DNA of 64,000 nucleotides from Escherichia coli (GTDB lineage Bacteria; Pseudomonadota; Gammaproteobacteria; Enterobacterales; Enterobacteriaceae): NCBI RefSeq assembly GCF_003018255.1, contig NZ_CP027440.1; one strand, 5' to 3'. Shown piece by piece: positions 1 to 14,673 of this stretch (position 1 is its first letter; each line of letters starts with the position of its first letter). The notes under the pieces were generated by a model. It saw only the letters and a program-made list of their open reading frames with translations, ran no database searches and was not told where the DNA came from. The position numbers and the translations under genes were made by a program.

Positions 1-372
1 AGCGTGAAAACCGGACATCTGACCGCCTACTGGACGCCATCTTTCGCTCAGGATGTGTTAGTGAAAGCGAGCGTCGGGCAGTATCTGGCTGGGGATAAAG
101 GCGGCACGCTGGAGATCGCCAAACGCTTTGATAGCGGCGTGGTAGTGGGGGGCTATGCCACGATCACGAATGTTTCGAAAGAGGAGTACGGCGAAGGGGA
201 CTTCACCAAAGGCGTGTATGTCTCTGTACCGCTGGATCTCTTCTCGTCTGGTCCGACACGCAGCCGTGCGGCAATTGGCTGGACGCCGCTGACGCGTGAC
301 GGTGGTCAGCAACTTGGGCGTAAGTTCCAGTTGTATGACATGACCAGCGACCGTAGCGTCAATTTCCGCTAA
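1..372 (+). CDS. 3' end of upstream gene (partial), probably yjbH-like lipoprotein gene by synteny
   Basis: Open frame runs from window edge to stop at 370-372 (ORF track 4..372); identity only from recalled yjbEFGH-psiE gene order. Confidence 0.5.
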   Translation, partial: SVKTGHLTAYWTPSFAQDVLVKASVGQYLAGDKGGTLEIAKRFDSGVVVGGYATITNVSKEEYGEGDFTKGVYVSVPLDLFSSGPTRSRAAIGWTPLTRDGGQQLGRKFQLYDMTSDRSVNFR

Positions 373-418
373 GTCATGGGAAAGGTGCCAGTTTTCGCAC
401 TCACTGGCACCTTTATTC

Positions 419-697
419 TTAATGGCCTGTCGAGCCATCAGGAACGCAGTTCACCCCCGGTTTGCGATCTGGTGTGTAAAGGCGAAAACATTCTGTCTTC
501 CTGTCCGTCGATATCGGTTGCAGGTCTGGTTGCCTGAGCGACTGGGCCATCATTGGGCTGGAGACATTGCTTTGCGGTAGGTCGGCTTTATCAGCAGTAC
601 CGAGCGGACCAGCATAAGCAGGAAGAACAGAGACTGATAACATCAAAGCAGCAAAATAAGGCTTCATTTTTACCACCTTTATCAGGTTACGTTTCAT
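419..697 (-). CDS. small secreted protein (YjbT-like); alternative start at 667 has better SD (AAGGTGG)
   Basis: ORF track 92 aa; N-terminal signal-peptide-like hydrophobic stretch ending AYA-G; position between yjbH and psiE. Confidence 0.55.
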   Translation of the reverse strand: MKRNLIKVVKMKPYFAALMLSVSVLPAYAGPLGTADKADLPQSNVSSPMMAQSLRQPDLQPISTDRKTECFRLYTPDRKPGVNCVPDGSTGH

Positions 698-911
698 TTG
701 TTCCAGAGGAACATTGTCGATTTTTCGCGCATTGCTGGTGGCTGGGAATCACCTGAATGGGTGATTTTTTTGGGCTGTGTGTTTTGCCAGATGCGACGTT
801 GATGGGAGATGCCCACTTAATTGAGCTGAACAAAACATACACAAAAAATATAGATCTCCGTCACATTTTTGCGTTATACAGGAAGCTCGCCACTGTGAAG
901 GAGGTACTGCT

Positions 912-1322
912 ATGACGTCACTCTCTCGTCCGCGCGTGGAGTTTATCTCCACCATTTTGCAGACCGTACTCAATCTTGGCCTGTTGTGCCTCGGCCTGAT
1001 TTTGGTTGTCTTCCTCGGCAAAGAAACGGTGCATCTGGCTGATGTGCTGTTCGCGCCAGAACAAACCAGTAAATATGAGCTGGTAGAAGGGCTGGTGGTT
1101 TACTTTCTCTATTTCGAATTTATCGCGCTGATTGTGAAGTACTTTCAGTCAGGTTTTCACTTCCCGCTACGTTACTTTGTCTATATTGGGATCACCGCCA
1201 TTGTGCGCTTGATCATCGTCGATCATAAATCGCCACTGGATGTGTTGATCTACTCGGCAGCGATCCTGTTACTGGTGATCACCCTGTGGCTGTGTAATTC
1301 GAAACGGCTGAAGCGGGAGTAA
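912..1322 (+). CDS. psiE: phosphate-starvation-inducible inner membrane protein PsiE
   Basis: 136 aa ORF, sequence recognised as PsiE; correct length. Confidence 0.9.
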
Positions 1323-1345
1323 AAAAAGGCGCTCCGTGGAGCGCC
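1321..1345 (-). terminator. intrinsic terminator (GGCGCTCC-loop-GGAGCGCC then T-run on minus strand) ending malEFG operon; hairpin also follows psiE
   Basis: Inverted repeat with A7 run on plus strand = U-run for minus-strand transcript. Confidence 0.7.
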
Positions 1346-1415
1346 GAATAACAGTCACAAGTTGGGATAACGTAAGTTGAGGGTGCAGCGGCATAACATT
1401 GGCAGAACAACATCT

Positions 1416-2306
1416 TTAACCTTTCACACCACCTGCCGTCAGGCCGTTGACCAGCCAGCGTTGAGCCAGCAAGAAGACGATGGTGATCGGTAATGCAGAC
1501 ATCACGGCAGCGGCGGCAAAGTCACCCCACAGGTAGTTTTGCGGGTTGAGGTATTGCTGCATCCCCACGGCCAGGGTGTAGCTGTTTACGTCACGCAGTA
1601 ACAGCGATGCGACCGGAACTTCAGTAATAGCAGCGATAAACGACAGGATGAACACCACCGCCAGAATCGGTACTGACAGCGGCAACAGGACAAGGCGGAA
1701 GGCCTGCCACGGTGTCGCACCATCCAGCGCAGCCGCTTCTTCCAGCGAACTGTCGATGGTTTCGAAATAGCCTTTGATGGTCCAGACATGCAGCGCAATC
1801 CCACCCAGATACGCGAAAATTACGCCGCCGTGAGTATTCAGGCCAATGAATGGAATGTACTCACCCAGACGATCAAACAACGCATACAACGCGACCAGTG
1901 AAAGTACTGCCGGGAACATCTGGAAAATCAGCATTCCTTTCAGCAGCGTCGCTTTGCCTGGAAAGCGCATACGGGCGAAAGCGTAGGCGCAGGTGGTGGA
2001 GAGCGCCACAATGCCAATCGCGGAAATCCCGGCGACCTTTACCGAGTTCCACAGCCATAGCAGTACCGGAAACGGCGGCGGTGTAACGCGACCATCAGCC
2101 TGTTCCACGCTAAAACCTAATGCCAGTTTCCAGTGATCCCAGGAGATTTGCTCCGGGATCAGGCTGCCGGTCGCAAAGTTCCCCTGGCGCAGTGAGATAG
2201 CGACGACCATCAGTAGCGGGAACATAATCGCCGCGATAAAAAGTAGCAGTAGCAGGTGAGTAATAAACAAACGTGTTTTTTGCGATTTCGGTTGGACCAT
2301 TGCCAT
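1416..2306 (-). CDS. malG: maltose ABC transporter permease MalG
   Basis: 296 aa ORF recognised as MalG. Confidence 0.95.
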   Translation of the reverse strand: MAMVQPKSQKTRLFITHLLLLLFIAAIMFPLLMVVAISLRQGNFATGSLIPEQISWDHWKLALGFSVEQADGRVTPPPFPVLLWLWNSVKVAGISAIGIVALSTTCAYAFARMRFPGKATLLKGMLIFQMFPAVLSLVALYALFDRLGEYIPFIGLNTHGGVIFAYLGGIALHVWTIKGYFETIDSSLEEAAALDGATPWQAFRLVLLPLSVPILAVVFILSFIAAITEVPVASLLLRDVNSYTLAVGMQQYLNPQNYLWGDFAAAAVMSALPITIVFLLAQRWLVNGLTAGGVKG

Positions 2307-2320
2307 TTTTGTTATCTCCC

Positions 2321-3865
2321 TTAATCAAACTTCATTCGCGTGGCTTTCAGGTTCACTATCGCCAGCGCACCCACCAGCAGGAAGATCAGCGTGGCAATTG
2401 CTGCCGCCAGACCGAAGTCCTGACCCCCGCCGCCTTCAAAAGCGATGCGGTAGGTGTAGTTAACAAGCAGGTCGGTATAACCGGCTGGCGTGGTCGTGCC
2501 AAGACGATCCGGGCCGCCGTTGGTTAACAGTTGAATCAGCACGAAGTTGTTAAAGTTGAAGGCGAAGCTGGCGATCATCAGCGGCGTCAGCGGTTTAATC
2601 AGCAGCGGCAGCGTAATCTTAAAGAAGTTCTGGAACGGACCTGCGCCATCCATTGCTGAGGCTTCATACAAATCGTCCGGAATCGCTTTCAGCAAGCCCA
2701 TGCAGAGGATCATCATGTACGGATAACCCAGCCAGGTATTGACGATAATCAGCATCGTTCGGGCGGTGGTCGGATCGCTGAACCAGGCGGGCTTCACGCC
2801 AAACAGCGCGCTCAACATCATGTTGATCTCACCGAAGCTCTGGTTAAACAACCCTTTGAAAATCAAGATTGAAATGAACGATGGCACCGCATAGGGCAGA
2901 ATCAGCAGGACACGATAGACCGCTTTTCCGCGCAACGCTTCCCACTGCACCAGACACGCCAGAACCATGCCGACCGCCACCGTTAAAAAGACAGTGATCA
3001 GCGAGAACACCACGGTCCAGACGAAAATGGCGAGGAACGGTTTCTGAATGCCTTCGTCGGTGAAGACGCGGGTAAAGTTTTTCCAGCCAGTGGTCACGGT
3101 GTAACCGGGGCTTAGCTTTTCATCGCCCCAGTTGCCGTCGGCGGTAATGGACTGGTAAAAGCCAATTTGGTTATTCGGACGATATTTCACGCCGCTCTGA
3201 TTATTCGTCAACGTGCCGGCACCGTCGAGTGTGTAGAGCGGCTGCGTGCCAGAAAACTGGCGCAGGGAGCTCATCATCACTTTGTTGCCATCTGGCAGAA
3301 TGGCGGTAATGTCACTCAGCGCCTGACGATTCTGGGTAATCACGCGCAGATTCGCGCGTTCGCCTTCGGGCTGGGCGGTCGTTTCTTTCAGTTGCAGTTT
3401 TTGCTCGCCGCCAAATTTAAACGCGTCGGAGAGGTAATTTTTGCCGGTTTCGCCGTCGCTGAGCGCCAGTTGCCACTCATCGCCCGCCGGGTAAAGACCA
3501 AAATTATAGGTTTTGCCTGCTTGCCAGGAGCGATCTAACAACACTTCCTGTGCACGTTCAAAAGTCAGCTGGTTAGTGCTGCTGTAGTTGGTGAAGGCAA
3601 TGGCGATGGTGCAGACCAGAGGGAAGAGGACGAATAATCCCATTCCAGCCATTCCCGGGTAAACATAGCGCCAGGCGTAGGCTTTACGATTGGCGAAAAT
3701 ATACAGCCCCGCTGAACTCAATATCAGCGTGGTAATGGCGAACAGGTATTCCCCTTGTGTGTACATTAAAACAACAAGGTAACCCACCAGCAGGCCGAGC
3801 AGACCTAACACTGACCATTTCAGCGCGTCGCTTTGCCACCAATGTTTCTTTTTAATGACATCCAT
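2321..3865 (-). CDS. malF: maltose ABC transporter permease MalF
   Basis: ORF track 519 aa; start moved to internal ATG ([10 protein letters not shown]) giving the known 514 aa. Confidence 0.92.
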   Translation of the reverse strand: MDVIKKKHWWQSDALKWSVLGLLGLLVGYLVVLMYTQGEYLFAITTLILSSAGLYIFANRKAYAWRYVYPGMAGMGLFVLFPLVCTIAIAFTNYSSTNQLTFERAQEVLLDRSWQAGKTYNFGLYPAGDEWQLALSDGETGKNYLSDAFKFGGEQKLQLKETTAQPEGERANLRVITQNRQALSDITAILPDGNKVMMSSLRQFSGTQPLYTLDGAGTLTNNQSGVKYRPNNQIGFYQSITADGNWGDEKLSPGYTVTTGWKNFTRVFTDEGIQKPFLAIFVWTVVFSLITVFLTVAVGMVLACLVQWEALRGKAVYRVLLILPYAVPSFISILIFKGLFNQSFGEINMMLSALFGVKPAWFSDPTTARTMLIIVNTWLGYPYMMILCMGLLKAIPDDLYEASAMDGAGPFQNFFKITLPLLIKPLTPLMIASFAFNFNNFVLIQLLTNGGPDRLGTTTPAGYTDLLVNYTYRIAFEGGGGQDFGLAAAIATLIFLLVGALAIVNLKATRMKFD

Positions 3866-3885
3866 GGGGTTCTTCCTCATTCCAG

Positions 3886-4009
<124 letters not shown>

Positions 4010-4018
4010 TTCACAGCA

Positions 4019-5573
<1,555 letters not shown>

Positions 5574-6689
5574 ATGGCGAGCGTACAGCTGCAAAATGTA
5601 ACGAAAGCCTGGGGCGAGGTCGTGGTATCGAAAGATATCAATCTCGATATCCATGAAGGTGAATTCGTGGTGTTTGTCGGACCGTCTGGCTGCGGTAAAT
5701 CGACTTTACTGCGCATGATTGCCGGGCTTGAGACGATCACCAGCGGCGACCTGTTCATCGGTGAGAAACGGATGAATGACACTCCGCCTGCAGAACGCGG
5801 CGTTGGTATGGTGTTTCAGTCTTACGCGCTCTATCCCCACCTGTCAGTAGCAGAAAACATGTCATTTGGCCTGAAACTGGCTGGCGCGAAAAAAGAAGTG
5901 ATTAACCAGCGAGTTAACCAGGTTGCGGAAGTGCTGCAACTGGCGCATTTGCTGGATCGCAAACCGAAAGCGCTCTCCGGTGGTCAGCGTCAGCGTGTGG
6001 CGATTGGCCGTACGCTGGTAGCCGAGCCAAGCGTATTTTTGCTCGATGAACCGCTCTCCAACCTCGATGCTGCACTGCGTGTGCAAATGCGTATCGAAAT
6101 CTCCCGTCTGCATAAACGCCTGGGCCGCACAATGATTTACGTCACCCACGATCAGGTCGAAGCGATGACACTAGCCGACAAAATCGTGGTGCTGGACGCC
6201 GGTCGCGTGGCGCAGGTTGGGAAACCGCTGGAGCTGTACCACTATCCGGCAGACCGTTTTGTCGCCGGATTTATCGGTTCGCCAAAGATGAACTTCCTGC
6301 CAGTAAAAGTGACCGCCACTGCAATCGATCAAGTGCAGGTGGAGCTGCCGATGCCAAATCGTCAGCAAGTCTGGCTGCCGGTTGAAAGCCGTGATGTCCA
6401 GGTTGGAGCCAATATGTCGCTGGGTATTCGCCCGGAACATCTACTGCCGAGTGATATCGCTGACGTCATCCTTGAGGGTGAAGTTCAGGTCGTCGAGCAA
6501 CTCGGCAACGAAACCCAAATCCATATCCAGATCCCTTCCATTCGTCAAAACCTGGTGTACCGCCAGAACGACGTGGTGTTGGTAGAAGAAGGTGCCACAT
6601 TCGCTATCGGCCTGCCGCCAGAGCGTTGCCATCTGTTCCGTGAGGATGGCACTGCATGTCGTCGACTGCATAAGGAGCCGGGCGTTTAA
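5574..6689 (+). CDS. malK: maltose ABC transporter ATPase MalK
   Basis: ORF track 401 aa; start set at MASVQLQNV giving known 371 aa; Walker A GPSGCGKS present. Confidence 0.93.
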   Translation: MASVQLQNVTKAWGEVVVSKDINLDIHEGEFVVFVGPSGCGKSTLLRMIAGLETITSGDLFIGEKRMNDTPPAERGVGMVFQSYALYPHLSVAENMSFGLKLAGAKKEVINQRVNQVAEVLQLAHLLDRKPKALSGGQRQRVAIGRTLVAEPSVFLLDEPLSNLDAALRVQMRIEISRLHKRLGRTMIYVTHDQVEAMTLADKIVVLDAGRVAQVGKPLELYHYPADRFVAGFIGSPKMNFLPVKVTATAIDQVQVELPMPNRQQVWLPVESRDVQVGANMSLGIRPEHLLPSDIADVILEGEVQVVEQLGNETQIHIQIPSIRQNLVYRQNDVVLVEEGATFAIGLPPERCHLFREDGTACRRLHKEPGV

Positions 6690-6730
6690 GCACCCCACAA
6701 AACACACAAAGCCTGTCACAGGTGATGTGA

Positions 6731-8101
<1,371 letters not shown>

Positions 8102-8113
8102 TAGCAAAACCTG

Positions 8114-8244
<131 letters not shown>

Positions 8245-8338
8245 AAAACAGCTTTAAGGGGCGAAAGCCCCTCTGATTATCGGGTTTAGCGCGCTATTGC
8301 CTGGCTACCGCTGAGCTCCAGATTTTGAGGTGAAAACA

Positions 8339-9259
8339 ATGAAAATGAATAAAAGTCTCATCGCTCTCTGTTTATCAGCAGGGTTGCTGGCAAGCGCACC
8401 TGGAATCAGCCTTGCCGATGTTAACTACGTACCGCAAAACACCAGCGACGCGCCAGCCATTCCATCTGCCGCGCTGCAACAACTCACCTGGACACCGGTC
8501 GATCAATCTAAAACCCAGACCACCCAACTGGCGACTGGCGGCCAACAACTGAACGTTCCCGGCATCAGAGGTCCGGTTGCTGCGTACAGCGTCCCGGCAA
8601 ACATTGGCGAACTGACCCTAACGCTGACCAGCGAAGTGAACAAACAAACTAGCGTATTTGCGCCGAACGTGCTGATTCTTGATCAGAACATGACCCCATC
8701 AGCCTTCTTCCCCAGCAGTTATTTCACCTACCAGGAACCAGGCGTGATGAGTGCAGATCGTCTGGAAGGCGTTATGCGCCTGACACCGGCGTTGGGGCAG
8801 CAAAAACTTTATGTTCTGGTCTTTACCACGGAAAAAGACCTCCAGCAGACGACCCAACTGCTCGACCCGGCTAAAGCCTATGCCAAAGGCGTCGGTAACT
8901 CGATCCCGGATATTCCTGACCCGGTTGCTCGTCATACCACCGATGGCTTACTGAAACTGAAAGTCAAAACGAACTCCAGTTCTAGCGTGTTGGTCGGGCC
9001 TCTATTTGGTTCTTCCGCTCCAGCTCCGGTTACGGTAGGCAACACGGCGGCACCAGCTGTGGCTGCACCCGCTCCGGCACCGGTGAAGAAAAGCGAGCCG
9101 ATGCTCAACGACACGGAAAGTTATTTTAATACCGCGATCAAAAACGCTGTCGCGAAAGGTGATGTTGATAAGGCGTTAAAACTGCTTGATGAAGCTGAAC
9201 GCCTGGGGTCGACATCTGCCCGTTCCACCTTTATCAGCAGTGTAAAAGGCAAGGGGTAA
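8339..9259 (+). CDS. malM: maltose operon periplasmic protein MalM
   Basis: ORF track starts at GTG 8330; ATG at 8339 (MKMNKSLIAL) gives known 306 aa. Confidence 0.9.
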   Translation: MKMNKSLIALCLSAGLLASAPGISLADVNYVPQNTSDAPAIPSAALQQLTWTPVDQSKTQTTQLATGGQQLNVPGIRGPVAAYSVPANIGELTLTLTSEVNKQTSVFAPNVLILDQNMTPSAFFPSSYFTYQEPGVMSADRLEGVMRLTPALGQQKLYVLVFTTEKDLQQTTQLLDPAKAYAKGVGNSIPDIPDPVARHTTDGLLKLKVKTNSSSSVLVGPLFGSSAPAPVTVGNTAAPAVAAPAPAPVKKSEPMLNDTESYFNTAIKNAVAKGDVDKALKLLDEAERLGSTSARSTFISSVKGKG

Positions 9260-9291
9260 TTACGCCCCACAGTGCTGATTTTGCAACAACT

Positions 9292-9318
9292 GGTGCGTCT
9301 CCTGGCGCACCTTTTTTT
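9292..9318 (+). terminator. intrinsic terminator after malM (GGTGCGTC-loop-GGCGCACC then T7)
   Basis: GC-rich hairpin followed by TTTTTTT. Confidence 0.8.
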
Positions 9319-9437
9319 CTCCTCCTGTACTATTGTTGCGTTTTTGTTGCGCATTAGTTCACTTAATTTGCTTTACATCTCCCGTAAATATTTTTCTGCG
9401 ATACAATGCCTTTACGTTATGTAACGGAGAGTTCGGC

Positions 9438-9935
9438 ATGTCACACCCCGCGTTAACGCAACTGCGTGCGCTGCGCTATTTTACAGAGATCCCTGCCCTG
9501 GAGCCGCAACTGCTCGACTGGCTGTTGCTGGAAGATTCCATGACAAAACGTTTTGAACAGCAGGGAAAAACGGTGAGCGTGACGATGATCCGCGAAGGGT
9601 TTGTCGAGCAGAATGAAATCCCCGAAGAACTGCCACTGCTGCCGAAAGAGTCTCGTTACTGGTTACGTGAAATTTTGTTATGTGCCGATGGTGAACCGTG
9701 GCTTGCCGGTCGTACCGTCGTTCCTGTGTCAACGTTAAGCGGGCCGGAGCTGGCGTTACAAAAATTAGGTAAAACGCCGTTAGGACGCTATCTGTTCACA
9801 TCATCGACATTAACCCGGGACTTTATTGAGATAGGCCGTGATGCCGGACTGTGGGGGCGACGTTCCCGCCTGCGATTAAGCGGTAAACCGCTGTTGCTAA
9901 CAGAACTGTTTTTACCGGCGTCACCGTTGTACTAA
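9438..9935 (+). CDS. ubiC: chorismate pyruvate-lyase UbiC
   Basis: ORF track 200 aa; start set at [10 protein letters not shown] giving known 165 aa. Confidence 0.9.
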   Translation: MSHPALTQLRALRYFTEIPALEPQLLDWLLLEDSMTKRFEQQGKTVSVTMIREGFVEQNEIPEELPLLPKESRYWLREILLCADGEPWLAGRTVVPVSTLSGPELALQKLGKTPLGRYLFTSSTLTRDFIEIGRDAGLWGRRSRLRLSGKPLLLTELFLPASPLY

Positions 9936-9947
9936 GAGGAAAAAAAT

Positions 9948-10820
9948 ATGGAGTGGAGTCTGACGCAGAATAAGCTGCTGGCGTTTCATCGCTTAATGCG
10001 TACGGATAAGCCAATTGGCGCGTTACTGCTGCTCTGGCCAACATTATGGGCGTTGTGGGTGGCGACACCGGGCGTTCCCCAGCTCTGGATCCTGGCGGTG
10101 TTTGTCGCGGGCGTCTGGCTGATGCGCGCTGCTGGTTGCGTGGTGAATGATTATGCTGACCGCAAGTTTGATGGTCATGTTAAGCGCACGGCGAACCGAC
10201 CACTTCCCAGCGGTGCGGTAACAGAGAAAGAGGCGCGCGCGCTGTTTGTAGTGCTGGTATTGATTTCATTTTTACTGGTGCTGACGCTGAATACGATGAC
10301 TATTCTGTTGTCGATTGCCGCGCTGGCGCTGGCGTGGGTATACCCATTTATGAAGCGGTATACCCATCTACCGCAAGTGGTGCTGGGCGCGGCGTTTGGC
10401 TGGTCGATTCCAATGGCTTTTGCTGCTGTGAGTGAGTCGGTGCCATTGAGTTGCTGGTTAATGTTCCTCGCCAATATTCTCTGGGCGGTGGCATACGACA
10501 CGCAGTATGCGATGGTTGACCGTGATGATGATGTGAAGATTGGCATTAAATCCACCGCAATCCTGTTCGGCCAATACGATAAATTGATTATTGGTATTTT
10601 GCAGATTGGCGTACTGGCGCTGATGGCGATTATCGGTGAGTTAAATGGCTTAGGCTGGGGATATTACTGGTCAATTCTGGTGGCTGGCGCGCTGTTTGTT
10701 TATCAACAAAAACTGATTGCCAACCGCGAGCGTGAAGCCTGCTTTAAAGCATTTATGAATAATAACTATGTTGGTCTGGTACTGTTTTTAGGGCTGGCAA
10801 TGAGTTACTGGCATTTCTGA
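9948..10820 (+). CDS. ubiA: 4-hydroxybenzoate octaprenyltransferase UbiA
   Basis: 290 aa ORF recognised as UbiA. Confidence 0.95.
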
Positions 10821-10825
10821 TGATG

Positions 10826-10855
10826 TAAAAAAGCCGGATGATCATCCGGCTTCCT
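10826..10855 (+). terminator. hairpin after ubiA (AGCCGGATG-loop-CATCCGGCT)
   Basis: Perfect inverted repeat immediately after ubiA stop. Confidence 0.6.
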
Positions 10856-10863
10856 TCTGGGTT

Positions 10864-10965
10864 GCCTGATGCGCTGCGCTTCTCAGGCCTACACAACATA
10901 TCGCAATTTATTGAATTTGCAGATCATGGTAGGCCGAATAAGGCGTTTGCGCCGCATCCGGCAAT
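10864..10965. repeat. REP element between ubiA and plsB
   Basis: REP-like palindromic units GCCTGATGCGCTGCGC... and GTAGGCCGAATAAGGCGTTTGCGCCGCATCCGGCA. Confidence 0.85.
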
Positions 10966-10974
10966 TCTCCCTGA

Positions 10975-13398
10975 TTACCCTTCGCCCTGCGTCGCACTCT
11001 CAATCGTCAAACGCACGTCTGATGTAATCAACTCCGCCAGCAACTGATACACCTTCATCGTTTCTGCCGGTTCGGCGTCGCCGCTATCGCTGATATACCC
11101 TTCATCACGCAGTGTCAGCACCAGAGAACTGAACACCGCCTTGTCGAAGAACTCCGGCGCGTTGATGCCGTGCAGCACGGAGAGACGTTGCGCGACGGTG
11201 CGGCTCTCTTTCTCCAGCGTACCGCGGTTGATCGACGGGTTGGCGCTCAACAGCCAGAAGGTGATGGCATAACGTTGCAGCGTTTCGCGCGCGCCTGCGG
11301 CCAGCAGCTGTAGCGTGCGAGAATGCGCCGGGTTGATATGCAACTCATCATCTTGCAGGGTAATCAGCCCCTGACGTTGCATCTCATTTGCCAGCGCATC
11401 AATAACGTCCGGCAACTCGTCGCGATCCCAGCGCAGGAACAGCTCCGCTTTCAGCATTGGGTAAAGCACATTGACGTGCTCCATCAATACGTCGCGGGAG
11501 ATGTGGCGATGCTGGGTGACAATTGCCGCCATCAGCGAAGGCAGCACCAACATATGCGCAATGTTGTTGCGATAGTAGGTCATCAGCACCGCTTGCTCGC
11601 GCGGCAGAATGATGATGTCGCCGATCGTGTCTTTCTCGACTTCAAACTTGTTCATTTGCAGCGCGTGATCGATAAGCTCGCTGGCGCTGGCTGAAGGAAC
11701 GGTAGAGTCCGTGGAGTAAGGCACGTTGCGCATCAGATCCAGGTAGCAGTTGAGTTGCTCGGTTAACTGCTCGCGGGTGAGTGAGCGCTGACGTGATGCC
11801 AGTAGCGCAGTACAGCACAGGTTCATGGCGTTTGCCGCGCCTGCGTTGTTAATGCGTACCATCAGATCGGCAGCAATATTATTGACCGTCGGCGTTAACC
11901 ATGCCGGACGCACCGCTTCGATGGGATCGATAGATTCACGCCAGTCTGGTACGTGCTGGTTAAGGTAGGTCATCAACGGCATTGGTTCACCGAAATTGAC
12001 GTAACCCTGGCCGAGATTACGCAGCTTGCTTAAACCGCGCAGCATCTGCGGCAGGCTCTCTTTCTCTTTCGTCGCGCCGCGCAGTTCTTTGGCGTAAGTA
12101 CCCACTTCCATGACGTGCTCATAACCGATATAGATCGGAATCAGCGTAATCGGACGCGTGCCGCCACGCAGCATCGCCTGAATGGTCATCGACAGCGTAC
12201 CGGTTTTCGGATCCAGCAAACGCCCCGTGCGGGAACGACCGCCTTCCACGAAGTACTCGACGGAATAACCACGGCTGAACAGTTCGCCGAGATACTCACG
12301 GAAAACGGTGGAATAAAGTTTATTGCCTTTAAAAGTACGGCGAATAAAGAACGCCCCCAGACGGCGGAAAATCGGCCCGGCCGGCCAGAAGTTTAGGTTG
12401 ATCCCGGCGGCGATATGCGGCGGCACCAGCCCCTGGTGATACAGCACGTAAGAAAGTAGCAGGTAGTCCATGTGACTGCGGTGGCAAGGCACATACACCA
12501 GCTCATGACCGTCGTGGGCCAGCTGGCGAACGCGCTCGGCGTTATGGACGTTGATGCCCTGATAAAGTCGGTTCCAGGTGAAGCCCAGAATGCGGTCAGT
12601 CAGGCGGATCATCTCGTAAGAGAAATTCGCCGCAATCTCTTCCATCAGCGCAATCGCGTTCTGCTGCGCTTTTTCATGGGAGATTTTTTTGCTGCGCGCT
12701 TCATCTTCTACCGCTTTGGCAATGGCGCGGGAGGCGAGCAGCTTATTAAACAGATCCTGACGAGCAGGCAGACGTGGTCCTACGGCAGCCAGACGTTGAC
12801 GGGCAAAGTGCATACGCGCCACGCGCGCCAGTTTCTGCGCGATAGTTTTATCCGTGCCGTGTTCATCCGCCATACGGCGCAGCGAAACTGACGGCGAGAA
12901 ACGCACAAAACTGTCGCGACCGAGCCACAGTACAGCGAAAAATTTCTGTACGCCGTTAAGCATACGCAGCGGCGGGTTCACTTCGCCTTTTTCACGCCCC
13001 GGCGCGCGACCAAACATCACCGACACTGGCACCATCTGCACATCCAGATTTGGGTTACTGCGGTGCAAATCGAGATAGTCGTGGAACAGCTTAATAGACT
13101 CTTCTTTCGGCGTGTAATAGGTGAATACACGCGGCCCGCCGTGAATGAACACATAGCGCGGCAGTAGCGTGCCGTCGATTTCCAGCGGCTCTAACGGGTC
13201 AGGCAGGTCATGTGCCAGACACTGGGCGCGCAACGTCAGCAAGTCTGCTTTCGAGTTGTACGGTAAAACGTACATAATTGGACGAGAGGTATCCAGCCCC
13301 AGTTCCGGGGCAGGATCTGCCGGAATAGACTTGCTTTTTACCAGGATGCTTAATGGTAAATTCAGTAATTTGTAGTAAATTCGTGGCCAGCCGGACAT
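10975..13398 (-). CDS. plsB: glycerol-3-phosphate acyltransferase PlsB
   Basis: ORF track 827 aa; start set at [10 protein letters not shown] giving known 807 aa. Confidence 0.9.
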
Positions 13399-13568
13399 AA
13401 ACGATGTAAAGCCTCTGGTTAATAATGCAAATGCGCGGCAAGGATAGCAGAAAGTCATGGGAAATTCTGTGGTATCCGCTCATGTTTCGCGCGGCGTTAC
13501 GCAAACCCGAATCATCGGATTTAACGGTACACTGATATTGACGCTCATAATGTAAAAAGGTTCTTTCA

Positions 13569-13937
13569 ATGGCCAATAATACCACTGGATTCACCCGAAT
13601 TATCAAAGCTGCTGGCTATTCCTGGAAAGGTTTACGCGCTGCATGGATCAACGAAGCGGCATTCCGTCAGGAAGGTGTAGCGGTATTGTTAGCGGTGGTT
13701 ATCGCCTGCTGGCTGGATGTGGACGCGATTACCCGCGTACTGCTTATCAGCTCCGTGATGCTGGTGATGATTGTGGAAATTCTCAATAGCGCCATCGAAG
13801 CGGTGGTTGACCGAATTGGCTCTGAATACCATGAGCTTTCCGGACGCGCTAAAGATATGGGATCCGCCGCAGTGCTGATTGCCATTATCGTCGCCGTGAT
13901 TACCTGGTGCATCCTGTTATGGTCGCATTTTGGATAA
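13569..13937 (+). CDS. dgkA: diacylglycerol kinase DgkA
   Basis: 122 aa ORF recognised as DgkA. Confidence 0.95.
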   Translation: MANNTTGFTRIIKAAGYSWKGLRAAWINEAAFRQEGVAVLLAVVIACWLDVDAITRVLLISSVMLVMIVEILNSAIEAVVDRIGSEYHELSGRAKDMGSAAVLIAIIVAVITWCILLWSHFG

Positions 13938-14001
13938 CCCTTCCAGATTTCGATAAATCTCTGGTTTATTGTGCAGTTTATGGTTCCAAAATCGCCTTTT
14001 G

Positions 14002-14038
14002 CTGTATATACTCACAGCATAACTGTATATACACCCAG
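14002..14038 (+). promoter_or_regulatory. two tandem LexA (SOS) boxes in lexA promoter (CTGTATATACTCACAG and CTGTATATACACCCAG)
   Basis: Two CTG-N10-CAG boxes directly upstream of lexA start. Confidence 0.92.
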
Positions 14039-14046
14039 GGGGCGGA

Positions 14047-14655
14047 ATGAAAGCGTTAACGGCCAGGCAACAAGAGGTGTTTGATCTCATCCGTGATCAC
14101 ATCAGCCAGACAGGTATGCCGCCGACGCGTGCGGAAATCGCGCAGCGTTTGGGGTTCCGTTCCCCAAACGCGGCTGAAGAACATCTGAAGGCGCTGGCAC
14201 GCAAAGGCGTTATTGAAATTGTTTCCGGCGCATCACGCGGGATTCGTTTATTGCAGGAAGAGGAAGAAGGGTTGCCGCTGGTAGGTCGTGTGGCTGCCGG
14301 TGAACCGCTTCTGGCGCAACAGCATATTGAAGGTCATTATCAGGTCGACCCTTCCTTGTTCAAGCCGAATGCTGATTTCCTGCTGCGTGTCAGCGGGATG
14401 TCGATGAAAGATATCGGCATTATGGATGGCGATTTGCTGGCAGTGCATAAAACTCAGGATGTACGTAACGGTCAGGTCGTTGTCGCACGTATTGATGACG
14501 AAGTTACCGTTAAACGCCTGAAAAAACAGGGCAATAAAGTCGAACTGTTGCCAGAAAACAGCGAGTTTAAACCAATTGTCGTTGACCTTCGTCAGCAGAG
14601 CTTCACCATTGAGGGGCTGGCGGTTGGGGTTATTCGCAACGGCGACTGGCTGTAA
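14047..14655 (+). CDS. lexA: SOS repressor LexA
   Basis: 202 aa ORF recognised as LexA. Confidence 0.97.
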   Translation: MKALTARQQEVFDLIRDHISQTGMPPTRAEIAQRLGFRSPNAAEEHLKALARKGVIEIVSGASRGIRLLQEEEEGLPLVGRVAAGEPLLAQQHIEGHYQVDPSLFKPNADFLLRVSGMSMKDIGIMDGDLLAVHKTQDVRNGQVVVARIDDEVTVKRLKKQGNKVELLPENSEFKPIVVDLRQQSFTIEGLAVGVIRNGDWL

Positions 14656-14673
14656 CATATCTCTGAGACCGCG

